Source: Patescibacteria group bacterium (GTDB lineage Bacteria; Patescibacteriota; Patescibacteriia; Patescibacteriales; UBA12465). From it: a stretch of DNA of 64,000 nt. The notes below the pieces were generated by a model that made no database searches, was not told the DNA's origin, and worked only from the letters and a program-made list of their open reading frames with translations. The position numbers and the translations under genes were made by a program. This document shows, one piece after another, positions 18,882 to 27,718 of this stretch (positions are counted from its first letter, which is position 1; the number at the start of each line of letters is the position of its first letter). The stretch lies in assembly GCA_050943055.1 (NCBI GenBank), contig JBMNOL010000001.1, forward strand, positions 15,750 through 79,749. The letters are read 5' to 3'.

Positions 18882-19693
18882 TAGGCAGCTAAAAGACGTT
18901 TAAGTTTAGGAAGTTGTTTTTTTGTTTCTTGATAGCCAATTGCCATCATCTCCGCCAGGTTTTTAGGGGTAAGCAGCTGGCTGGGTTTTTTATTAATATA
19001 AGCGGAAAGGTCGGGACTAATTATTAAGTCCGCGCTTTGAATTGAATGCTTAGCTAAATGATAAAGAGCAATCCGCGAGGTCCGTAAAGCGGCTTTAACT
19101 AAATTCAATTCTTCGTTAACAAACTCATGACGATGATATAAATTAACGGCAATGATAATTTCGGCGCCCGCCTCTTTAAGAGTCTTAACTGGCACCGGAT
19201 TACTTAAGCCGCCGTCAACAAAATAACGATTTTTTAATTTCAGCGGTTCAAAAATTAAAGGCACTGAACAACTAGCACAAACCGCACTCGCTAAAGAACC
19301 GCTTTTAACAATTTTGCCGGTGCCACCACTTAAATCCGTCACCGCGACTCGCAAAGGGATTTTAGTGTTAGCAAAAGTTTCTGTCTTAAAAATTTCTTTT
19401 AAAATGTTTTCTAAGGTCTTGCCTTTAATCAACCCCGGTGATAGGCGTAAATCAGACAAGCCAATTCTTTTTAAAGATCGTGCCCGCTCCAGCAAGTATT
19501 CGGTAGTCGCGTTCGCCTCTAGAGACAGCGCGTAACAAGCCGCCACCAAAGAACCAATCGAGGCGCCACTAATAAAATCTATTTTTATCTCCGCCTCTTC
19601 TAAAGCTTGTAAGACCCCTAAAAGAGCAAAACCACGTTGACCGCCACTACCTAAAGCAAGGCCGATTTTTTTAGGATTATTTTTTGTTTTCAT
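18881..19693 (-). CDS. Patatin-like phospholipase (RssA family); start reassigned to ATG 19693
   Basis: GSGGQRG, GASIG (GxSxG), DGG. Confidence 0.9.
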   Translation of the reverse strand: MKTKNNPKKIGLALGSGGQRGFALLGVLQALEEAEIKIDFISGASIGSLVAACYALSLEANATTEYLLERARSLKRIGLSDLRLSPGLIKGKTLENILKEIFKTETFANTKIPLRVAVTDLSGGTGKIVKSGSLASAVCASCSVPLIFEPLKLKNRYFVDGGLSNPVPVKTLKEAGAEIIIAVNLYHRHEFVNEELNLVKAALRTSRIALYHLAKHSIQSADLIISPDLSAYINKKPSQLLTPKNLAEMMAIGYQETKKQLPKLKRLLAA

Positions 19694-19758
19694 AATTGAA
19701 TTATATCTTAGCCTGAGGGAAAAAACAAAAAGAGTACACTCTGACACACTTTTTTTAT

Positions 19759-20000
19759 GTAGTCCCTAGGGGAATTATCGCGCTCGCCCGCCGCCGTTAT
19801 GCGGCGAGCTCACTTGTCCAGAGTTGGCGTCCGAATATCCCCCGGATATTCGTCCGACGCTCGTCCGCTCGTTCCGGCTTCCGCCGTCTCTCGCATCTCG
19901 CTTCCAACTTGTTCGATTCCCCAGCCTAACGGCTGTCTAACTAAAAAGCGCCCAGTTTGCACTGGACGCTTTTTAGTTAGCTAGTAGTCCCTAGGGGAAT
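19759..20000. repeat. tRNA-Glu-associated element bounded by 17-bp direct repeat GTAGTCCCTAGGGGAAT (19759-19775 and 19984-20000)
   Basis: Exact duplication of the tRNA 3' end; internal GC-rich hairpins and inverted T-arm copy GTTCGATTCCCC at 19911-19922. Confidence 0.85.
19937..19980 (-). terminator. Long hairpin terminator after tRNA-Glu
   Basis: CTAACTAAAAAGCG.CCAGT-TTGC-ACTGG.CGCTTTTTAGTTAG. Confidence 0.75.
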
Positions 20001-20056
20001 CGAACCCCTGTTACCAGGATGAAAACCTGGTGTCCTAACCACTAGACGAAGGGACC
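19985..20056 (-). tRNA. tRNA-Glu (UUC)
   Basis: GGTCCCT/AGGGACT acceptor; CCAGG-TTTTCAT-CCTGG anticodon arm. Confidence 0.95.
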
Positions 20057-20185
20057 AAATTTTTTAGACAAAAAAGCGCTGCAAACGGCGCAAATTCAAT
20101 CTCAATTTTACCTACAAAGATTTTTAATGTCAAGAAAGACTAGACGGAATTTGGCCTTTAGGCTAGAATCACTTAAAATATATTT

Positions 20186-21217
20186 ATGAAAATACTAGGC
20201 ATTGAAAGTAGCTGTGACGAAACTGCCGCTTCAGTTGTAGAGGTGGATGAAATTAGCGGTGGCAACAAAACCTTAAGTAATGTCATTTCTTCACAAATTG
20301 CTATCCATCAAAAATATGGCGGCGTTATCCCCGAAGTGGCGGCGCGCGAGCATGTTTTAAATATCTTACCCGTAATTACTGAGGCTTTAGAGACTGCCAA
20401 AGTGAGCCCCGAGGAACTTGATTTATTAGGAGTCACTGCGGGCCCCGGTCTAATAACTTCCCTAATTTCTGGAGTCGAAACCGCCCGGACTTTAGCCGCG
20501 GTTTGGCAAAAACCATTAGTTGGCGTTAACCATATTGCCGGCCATATTTATTCGGGCTTCCTCGACCAAAATATCCCGCCCCAATTTCCTGTCATTATTT
20601 TAACTGTTTCTGGAGGGCATACTAATTTAGTCTTAATGAAAGATTGGGAAGACTTTGAAGTGATTGGCGAAACCTTAGACGATGCGGCCGGCGAAGCCTT
20701 TGATAAAGGAGCAAAAATGCTGGGACTCGGCTATCCCGGCGGACCAGCGATAGGAAAGGCGGCCGCTGATTTTATCGCTAGCGCCCAAAATACTGATCTC
20801 AAATTTCCTCGTCCTCTGCTAGGCAAAGGCTTTAATTTTTCTTTCTCCGGCCTAAAAACCGCTCTTCTTTATAAATTACAAAAAGATCCCACTTGGTCCA
20901 AAAAAGTTTCAGAATATGCCTTTGCCTACCAAGAGGCGATTATTGATGTTTTAGTGGCTAAGGTTTTAGCGGCGGTAAAAAAATATCAACCTCGAGCCGT
21001 TACTCTTTCTGGTGGCGTTAGTGCTAATACTCGCTTACGCGAAGTTTTAAAAAATAAACTTACTGAGCAGCACCCCGACTTAACTTTAAGAATTCCGGAT
21101 TTTGCCTACACCACCGATAACGCCGCGATGATTGCCTTAGCTGCCTACTATGCCAACCGGGCGGGAGCTCCTAATGCTTGGCAAAATTTACAAGTTAAGG
21201 TAAACTTCTCCTTGTAG
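20186..21217 (+). CDS. tsaD: tRNA N6-threonylcarbamoyladenosine synthesis protein TsaD
   Basis: ILGIESSCDETA, VNHIAGH, VSGGHT, DDAAGEAFDK, TDNAAMIA. Confidence 0.96.
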   Translation: MKILGIESSCDETAASVVEVDEISGGNKTLSNVISSQIAIHQKYGGVIPEVAAREHVLNILPVITEALETAKVSPEELDLLGVTAGPGLITSLISGVETARTLAAVWQKPLVGVNHIAGHIYSGFLDQNIPPQFPVIILTVSGGHTNLVLMKDWEDFEVIGETLDDAAGEAFDKGAKMLGLGYPGGPAIGKAAADFIASAQNTDLKFPRPLLGKGFNFSFSGLKTALLYKLQKDPTWSKKVSEYAFAYQEAIIDVLVAKVLAAVKKYQPRAVTLSGGVSANTRLREVLKNKLTEQHPDLTLRIPDFAYTTDNAAMIALAAYYANRAGAPNAWQNLQVKVNFSL

Positions 21218-21222
21218 CTTCG

Positions 21223-21296
21223 GGTTCGGTGGTGAAGCGGTCTAACACAGCAGTTTGCAAAACTGCCATTCGTGGGTTCAAATCCCACCCGAACCT
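21223..21296 (+). tRNA. tRNA-Cys (GCA)
   Basis: GGTTCGG/CCGAACC acceptor, U73, GCAGT-TTGCAAA-ACTGC. Confidence 0.93.
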
Positions 21297-21556
21297 CAAG
21301 AAGCGAAAAACGACTCAAACGGAATCTTGGGTCGTTTTTTATTTTATAAAATTAAAAAATGATATCTTTTATTTTAATGAAAATTGTGGATAAGTTGTGA
21401 TTTTCCCAGTGGAGAAATAAAGTTAAGTCCACTCTGCAGTGGACTCTACCTTGGGGAAAGGGACTTTTTTATCCCCTTGTCAAATAAATATATTTATTTA
21501 ATATTAGTTAAAAATTATTATTTTTGCCCAAGTTTTCAACATTTTACGCTTGAGGC

Positions 21557-21605
21557 TTGCTACTAGTTTTGAAAAATGTTAGAATATACACATAAATAGT
21601 TCTTT
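21557..21605 (+). promoter_or_regulatory. Sigma70 promoter (TTGCTA-17-TAGAAT, extended TG) followed by boxA-like AGTTCTTT
   Basis: -35 at 21557-62, -10 at 21580-85, AGTTCTTTAA at 21598. Confidence 0.65.
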
Positions 21606-21870
21606 AATTTATTTACTGCAACCCGTTACTTTATCAGCGTCAGAATGATAAACGCTTATAGAGCCAGTCTATTCAATAAAGATTTGATCAATTTCTCGGA
21701 TTAAATGTTTATTAAATCACTTGCTAAGTTACGGTAAATAAAAAGTTTCTTAATCTGACCAGAAACAAAAAAACGCTAAGCAATTTAGCGCCAAAAAACA
21801 ATCAGAGGCTCTCGGCCACGAAATCATTTTATGCCCAATGCATAGCCGGTCTTACGAGCCTCTTTTTATT
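21592..21870 (+). ncRNA. Candidate structured ncRNA or long leader upstream of ychF
   Basis: Closing stem TTTATTTACTGCAAC/GTTACGGTAAATAAA, inner stems, final GAGGCTC...GAGCCTC plus T-tract hairpin; no ORF. Confidence 0.45.
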
Positions 21871-21913
21871 TTTACTAAAGTCTGCTTAAATAGAGTTTAA
21901 TAGTTTTTAGTTT

Positions 21914-22981
21914 ATGTCTTTATCGATTGGCATTGTTGGTTTACCTAATGTTGGTAAATCATCCTTATTTAATTTATTGACCCAGAAAGGCGTAGAGGCG
22001 GCCAACTATCCCTTTTGCACGATTGATCCGAATGTCGGCATTGTTAAGGTACCCGATGAGCGTTTAGAAAAATTAGCCGCCATTTCCAAGTCTCAACAAA
22101 TAATTCCCACAGTTATTGAGTTTGTTGATATCGCCGGCTTGGTAGCGGGCGCTAGTCAAGGCGAGGGTTTAGGAAATAAATTTCTCGCCCATATCAGAGA
22201 ATGCGATGCCATCTGCGAAGTAATTCGTGATTTTAAAGATGAGAACATTATTCATGTCGCCAATAAAATAGACCCCGAAAGCGATAAAGAAACAATTAGC
22301 TTAGAATTAATTTTAGCTGACTTAGCGACTGTTGAAAAACGTTTAGCCTCGCTTAAAAGAGAAAGTCGCAGTGGCGATAAAGAAATTGTCGCTCAAGTGG
22401 CCACTTTAGAGAGAATTTTTGAACATTTAAGCGCTAGCCGCGCGGTTCGCGAACTGGAATTTAGCGACGCCGAGGCCCCTTTTGTCAAATCTTTATGCTT
22501 ATTAAGCGCTAAACCAATTATTTATTTATTAAATATTGATGATGCTTACAGCGGCGAGCCCCGCCTGAAAGGAACTAACGAGCAGATTTTAAGCATTAAT
22601 ATTAAAACGGAAGAAGAAATTGCTGCTCTACCTGCCGCCGAACAAGCTGAATTCATTGAGGAATTAGGTTTAAAAAATAGCGGTCTTAATCGCTTAATTG
22701 CCGCCGCTTATAAACTTCTGGGCTTAGAAACCTTCTTTACCACCGGTCCGGATGAAACCAGAGCATGGACAATTAAAAGCGGTACCAAGGCTCCTGAGGC
22801 AGCCGGCGTAATTCATACCGATTTTATTAAAGGTTTTGTTCGTGCCGAGGTTATCCAATGGGATAAATTTATTACCAGTGGCGGCGAAGTAAAAGCTCGT
22901 GAAGCCGGGCTAATTCGTACCGAAGGTAAGGATTACGTAGTAAAAGACGGCGATGTTTGTCATTTCTTAATCAATCGTTAA
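21914..22981 (+). CDS. ychF: Ribosome-binding ATPase YchF
   Basis: GIVGLPNVGKS, ANYPFCTIDPN, DIAGLV, GEGLGNKFL, AAGVIHTDF. Confidence 0.97.
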   Translation: MSLSIGIVGLPNVGKSSLFNLLTQKGVEAANYPFCTIDPNVGIVKVPDERLEKLAAISKSQQIIPTVIEFVDIAGLVAGASQGEGLGNKFLAHIRECDAICEVIRDFKDENIIHVANKIDPESDKETISLELILADLATVEKRLASLKRESRSGDKEIVAQVATLERIFEHLSASRAVRELEFSDAEAPFVKSLCLLSAKPIIYLLNIDDAYSGEPRLKGTNEQILSINIKTEEEIAALPAAEQAEFIEELGLKNSGLNRLIAAAYKLLGLETFFTTGPDETRAWTIKSGTKAPEAAGVIHTDFIKGFVRAEVIQWDKFITSGGEVKAREAGLIRTEGKDYVVKDGDVCHFLINR

Positions 22982-23035
22982 CTTTTTAAACAAAGCCAAA
23001 GCCCCGCTCCGCGGGGCTTTTTTTTGTGAATTCAT

Positions 23036-24217
23036 TTATTTCTTCTCCAAAACAACAATTTCTCGGAAAACTTTTTGTCCGGCCCGACCATAGATCACGG
23101 TTCCGCGTGAGGTTAATTTTATTTCCGGCCATTTTTGCCAATCTTCGGGTAAAAAATTAACAATTTTAAAAGCGCCGTAATTCGGTTTTAAGAGTTGATT
23201 GCCAAAAAAACTAGGCCAAACCATAACTACTCTTCCTTGAGGCGCAATAATCTTAGAAAATTCCATTAAACTAGCCGTATATAAAGCCTCTAAATCTTCT
23301 TTTACCGTCCTTAAATCATGCCAACCACGCTGGGGCCCCAAATAAGGCTCGCTCACAATTACCGCTATTTCCTTGGGCTTAAAAGATTCGCTTAACCGGG
23401 TGGCATTTTTTAGAAAAACTCGGACCGTCCTTTTTTCTAAATGGTATTTTTCTTTAATCCAAGCTAAATTTTCTTTAGTGTCAGAAATTGCCTTAGGCGA
23501 AATATCGGTACCAATAACCTCTTTTGCTCCTAAAAGTAGGGCTTCTTGTAAAATTGTTCCGGAGCCACAAAAAGGATCAAGAACTGGACCGCTATTTTCA
23601 TTTACCCCGGCTAAATTAAGCATGATTTGGGCTAATTTTGGCGGTAACATGCCAGAGGCGTCATCGCGCGCCGGACGACCATAATCCCTTTTTGACAGGT
23701 CTTTAAAAGCCTGAACCGCCAAAGTCTGACCAATAAACAACTTGCCCCCATCGGAGGCCAGCACTAATTCACAGCCCTTAGTTAATAATTTATTCTGCTC
23801 AACAACCACACTGGACAAATTAGGCTCTTTACTAGTTACCAGTCGCGAACTAACGCCTTCAGCCTTCAACTTTTTCTTTAATTCCAACCCCCAAGGCAGA
23901 AGCGGTAATTTATGTGGACCATAACTAGAAAGGCCAAAATTAAATTTCCCAGTTAAATCTGGGTTCTGGCTAGCTTTTTTTAAAATATTAAATAAAGCCG
24001 GCTGAGAATCTTGTTGCGATGGTAAAGTTTTCTTAATTACCCCAATCTTAATCACACCTCCTAATTTTTTAATCAGCGTAGCGGGCTGAAGCTCGTGCTC
24101 ACTTTCCCAAAGCAAAAAATCCTTGCCCAAAATTTGAGCTTGATGATCAGGTAAAATGGCCGCCAACTCCATTAAGGAGAGGCTGGGGTTATTTCCTAAA
24201 ATGAAAAAATAAGTCAT
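23036..24217 (-). CDS. Trm11/TrmG10-like SAM-dependent RNA methyltransferase
   Basis: MLPPKLAQIMLNL, LDPFCGSGTILQEA, SEPYLG. Confidence 0.75.
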   Translation of the reverse strand: MTYFFILGNNPSLSLMELAAILPDHQAQILGKDFLLWESEHELQPATLIKKLGGVIKIGVIKKTLPSQQDSQPALFNILKKASQNPDLTGKFNFGLSSYGPHKLPLLPWGLELKKKLKAEGVSSRLVTSKEPNLSSVVVEQNKLLTKGCELVLASDGGKLFIGQTLAVQAFKDLSKRDYGRPARDDASGMLPPKLAQIMLNLAGVNENSGPVLDPFCGSGTILQEALLLGAKEVIGTDISPKAISDTKENLAWIKEKYHLEKRTVRVFLKNATRLSESFKPKEIAVIVSEPYLGPQRGWHDLRTVKEDLEALYTASLMEFSKIIAPQGRVVMVWPSFFGNQLLKPNYGAFKIVNFLPEDWQKWPEIKLTSRGTVIYGRAGQKVFREIVVLEKK

Positions 24218-24455
24218 ACCCTGCTAGCTTACCGCAAGCTTTTAACTATTGCAATTATTTAGTATCTATGTTAGATTAAGTGGGTAAAATGAATAGCAAT
24301 ATCTTTTCCATGATTCCTTTATAGGAATCGGCTTTCCGGCATTAGCGACAGGAAAGCCAAAGGTGTTCTAGGAAACCTCTCGGCTTTTTTAGGATACCGG
24401 GAGGATTTTTTTTAACTGAGCCCCCTTCATCAAAAAAGGCGCTCCTAAACAAATT

Positions 24456-24962
24456 ATGTCAAAAAGTAAAGCGTCGGGTTTAACCCGTTACGAAATCATG
24501 TTCATTGTTCCCAATAAGTACACCGAGGTTGAGGCAAAAACCATTATTGGTCAGGTGGAAAAAATGATTATGGATAATGGCGGTCAAATTATTTCCGGTG
24601 AATATTGGGGCAAGAAAAAAATGGCTTACGAGATTAAACACAATTCTTATGGTTATTATCAGCTCTACCAGTTTGATTTCCCTAGCACTAATTTAAGCAA
24701 GCTAAACAACGACTTGCGTCTCTCCACCGAAATTTTACGCCATCAAATTTTAAAGATTAAGGTAAAAAGTGAAGAACAATTAGCTAAGGAGCAAGCGGCT
24801 CGTGATCGTTTGATCGCTAAAGAGGAAGAAGTTAAGGCCGCTGCTGCTAAATCCGCAAAAAAAACCACTCCTCGCAAAAAGAAGGATGAGGATAAGACAG
24901 AATTGAAAGATTTAGACAAAAAATTAGATGGTATTATTGAAGACGCCGAAGGGTTGGTTTAA
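24456..24962 (+). CDS. rpsF: 30S ribosomal protein S6 with charged C-terminal extension
   Basis: YEIMFI, WGKKKMAYEIK, ILRH; rpsF-ssb-rpsR order. Confidence 0.95.
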   Translation: MSKSKASGLTRYEIMFIVPNKYTEVEAKTIIGQVEKMIMDNGGQIISGEYWGKKKMAYEIKHNSYGYYQLYQFDFPSTNLSKLNNDLRLSTEILRHQILKIKVKSEEQLAKEQAARDRLIAKEEEVKAAAAKSAKKTTPRKKKDEDKTELKDLDKKLDGIIEDAEGLV

Positions 24963-25013
24963 GAGATGTAAATAATATTAATTAAAGCGACCCCCTACTC
25001 GCTTACTAAAAAT

Positions 25014-25454
25014 ATGACTTTAAACAAAGCAATGATCATCGGCAATCTTACTCGAGACCCAGAATTACGCAACACCGCCTCCGGAGCAAATGTGGCTTCT
25101 TTTTCGGTGGCGACCAGCTTAATCTGGAGCGATGCTAATGGTCAAAAACAACAAAAAACCGAGTTTCATAATGTCGTGGCCTGGCGCCGTTTAGCTGAAA
25201 TTTGCGGACAATACCTGCGCAAAGGCTCTAAGGTTTTTATTGAGGGACGGCTACAAACTATCGACTGGACTGGTCAGGACGGAGTAAAGCGTTATCGCAC
25301 CGAAATTGTTGCCGAAAATCTAATCATGTTAGATTCAAAAAATTCTAACCGCGGCGATTCAGTTGACAATAATAATTTGCGCGAAGAATTAAAGGAAATC
25401 CAAGTTGAAGAGGAGCCCGAAGAAGAAATTCGCGTGGAAAACATCCCCTTCTAA
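25014..25454 (+). CDS. ssb: Single-stranded DNA-binding protein
   Basis: LNKAMIIGNLTRDPELR, KGSKVFIEGRL, C-terminal IPF. Confidence 0.97.
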   Translation: MTLNKAMIIGNLTRDPELRNTASGANVASFSVATSLIWSDANGQKQQKTEFHNVVAWRRLAEICGQYLRKGSKVFIEGRLQTIDWTGQDGVKRYRTEIVAENLIMLDSKNSNRGDSVDNNNLREELKEIQVEEEPEEEIRVENIPF

Positions 25455-25479
25455 AATTAAAAAAATATAATTGTTAATT

Positions 25480-25692
25480 ATGACTACTAAAAAAAGTAAG
25501 GAGTGCTATTTTTGCGCCAATGATATTGAGGTTGATTACAAAGATACCCGATCATTACGTAAATTTGTAAACTTCTATGTTAAAATTTTACCGGGAAAAC
25601 GCACCGGTGTTTGTGCTTGGCATCAACGCAAGTTAGCGGAAGCTGTTAAGCGCGCCCGCACGATGGCTTTGATGAGCCACACCCATCGTTAA
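25480..25692 (+). CDS. rpsR: 30S ribosomal protein S18 (Zn-binding form)
   Basis: CYFC, DYKD, KILP..TG.CAWHQR; ATG at 25480 preferred over TTG 25471. Confidence 0.95.
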   Translation: MTTKKSKECYFCANDIEVDYKDTRSLRKFVNFYVKILPGKRTGVCAWHQRKLAEAVKRARTMALMSHTHR

Positions 25693-25703
25693 TTTATTAG
25701 CCT

Positions 25704-26261
25704 ATGTTAAGTATCAGCGAAATCAAACCGGGACGAGTGATTAAAATCAATAATCAACCCTACGTCGTCACCAAAACCGATCATCATAAAATGGGTCGTG
25801 GCGGGGCCGTTTTAAAAACTAAACTTCGCAACCTTATTGACGGCCGTGTCCTCGATCAAACCTTTCAGGGCGTTCAACAAGCCGAAGAAGCAGAAACGGA
25901 AACTAAAAAAGCCAACTATCTTTATAAAGATGCCGAACAAGTTTTTTTCATGGACAATGAATCGTTTGAGCAGTTTAGTTTAGATCTAGAGTCAATCGGC
26001 GACCAAGCCAAATTCTTAAAAGATGGCACCGATGTCTCTGTTCTTTATTTTGAGGGTAAACCAGTGACCATTGAATTGCCAATTAAGATGGAGTTTAAAG
26101 TTGTTTCCGCCCCTCCTGGTGTTAAAGGTAATTCAGCCGGCAACGTTAATAAACAAGTAGAGATTGAAACTGGTGCCACCATCTCTGTACCGATGTTTAT
26201 CAATGAGGGTGATATTATTAGAATTAATACGGAAAGCGGCGACTACGTTGAACGCGCTTAA
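25704..26261 (+). CDS. efp: Elongation factor P
   Basis: KMGRGGA loop, PGVKGNSA, ETGA.I.VP.FI..GD.I. Confidence 0.96.
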   Translation: MLSISEIKPGRVIKINNQPYVVTKTDHHKMGRGGAVLKTKLRNLIDGRVLDQTFQGVQQAEEAETETKKANYLYKDAEQVFFMDNESFEQFSLDLESIGDQAKFLKDGTDVSVLYFEGKPVTIELPIKMEFKVVSAPPGVKGNSAGNVNKQVEIETGATISVPMFINEGDIIRINTESGDYVERA

Positions 26262-26338
26262 AAATTATCCCAACTTAAAAAGACCGCCTCACTGGCGGTC
26301 TTTTTGCTATTTTTAGCCCCGTGCTATAATAATTATCT

Positions 26339-27718
26339 ATGATTTACTTACTGTTAGCGAGCCTGGCCTTTCTTATTTTGGCCTGGAAGCGCTTAGATCT
26401 AGCCGTATTACTAATTATTGCCGGCACTCCGCTTTATTTGTGGCGTGGTCAGTTAGCTGGCCTACCGCTGACTTTTTTAGAGATTATGATTTTAGAGGCT
26501 TTTGCTGTTTGGCTTCTAAAAGATGGTCCTCATTTTAAAACTCTCTTAAAAAAAGATTCGGAACGAACACCCTACCCATTCCGCTGGGAAATTATTGCCA
26601 TCCTTTTGGTTTCTTTTGCTGGGGTGATTGTCGCTCAAGTTAGCCCGGCGGCGCTGGGCATTTTTAAAGCTTATTTTTTTGAACCGCTCTTACTTTTCAT
26701 TTTAATTATTAATTTATTTTCTTCCCCGGCCGGACGAAAAAAAATTATCGGCGCCTTAGCAATTTCCGCTTTAGCAGTTTCTCTCTTTGCTATTTTTCAA
26801 CAACTGACTGGTCTTTTTATTGACAATCCTTTTTGGCAAGCAGCAGGCAGTAGACGGGCTACTTCCTTTTTCCCTTATCCCAATGCCGTCGGTTTATTTC
26901 TAGCGCCCTTAGTTCTAATTTTTCTCGGTCACTTAATTAATTATTGGCAGGAACGTTCTTGGGCTTGGAAGGTTTTTTATATTTTAACAATCCTAATCGC
27001 TGTAACTGCGATGGTGGCTGCTCAATCCGAGGGCGCGCTCGTAGGGCTAATTGCCGGGCTCGGAATTTTTGCGCTTCTGGTTAATAAAAAAGTACGCTTA
27101 ATCACAATTATCTCCGGAATACTTTTAGCGCTAATGATTTGGTTCACGCCACCGGTAAAAGATTTTGTCTTAACTAAAGTTTTATTAAAGGATTTATCGG
27201 GTCAAATTCGGCGCCAACAATGGAGTGAAACGATATTAATGTTAAAAGATGGCCGCTTAATTACCGGCGCTGGATTAAGCGCTTATCAAGAAGCAGTTGC
27301 CCCTTATCATCAAGACGGAATTTGGATTAAAACCGATGACCCCAACTGGTTACATGACATCATGTTTACTCCCGGCTTCCGAGAAAAAATGTGGCAGCCG
27401 ACGGAAATCTATCTCTATCCTCATAATATATTCTTGAATTTTTGGAGTGAACTTGGTATTCTTGGCGCTCTGATATTTCTTTGGCTAATTGCTAAAACTC
27501 TGGGTTCGTCGCTAAAATTATTCCGCGAAAAAGATAATTCGGAGCGGTATTTAGCTTTAGGCCTTTTCGGTGCGCTCGTAACCTTAACTATTCATGGCTT
27601 AGTTGATGTCCCCTATTTTAAAAATGATCTCGCTGTCCTTTTTTGGATTTATTTAGCCCTAATTGGCGGCTTAACCTTAAAATCAAATGGAAAAAATCTT
27701 ACAAAAAGTAATCGCTGA
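26339..27718 (+). CDS. O-antigen ligase/Wzy_C-family membrane protein
   Basis: RATSFFPYPN, R...W, GAG, YPHNIFLNFWSELGILG, HGLVD. Confidence 0.85.
   Translation: MIYLLLASLAFLILAWKRLDLAVLLIIAGTPLYLWRGQLAGLPLTFLEIMILEAFAVWLLKDGPHFKTLLKKDSERTPYPFRWEIIAILLVSFAGVIVAQVSPAALGIFKAYFFEPLLLFILIINLFSSPAGRKKIIGALAISALAVSLFAIFQQLTGLFIDNPFWQAAGSRRATSFFPYPNAVGLFLAPLVLIFLGHLINYWQERSWAWKVFYILTILIAVTAMVAAQSEGALVGLIAGLGIFALLVNKKVRLITIISGILLALMIWFTPPVKDFVLTKVLLKDLSGQIRRQQWSETILMLKDGRLITGAGLSAYQEAVAPYHQDGIWIKTDDPNWLHDIMFTPGFREKMWQPTEIYLYPHNIFLNFWSELGILGALIFLWLIAKTLGSSLKLFREKDNSERYLALGLFGALVTLTIHGLVDVPYFKNDLAVLFWIYLALIGGLTLKSNGKNLTKSNR

Noticed and set aside
19799-19984. 61-aa ORF inside the tRNA-associated element
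   Set aside because: Runs through hairpins and a terminator; low-complexity Arg/Ser/Pro composition typical of GC-rich non-coding DNA
21384-21566. 60-aa TTG-start ORF
   Set aside because: No recognisable features; overlaps AT-rich promoter DNA
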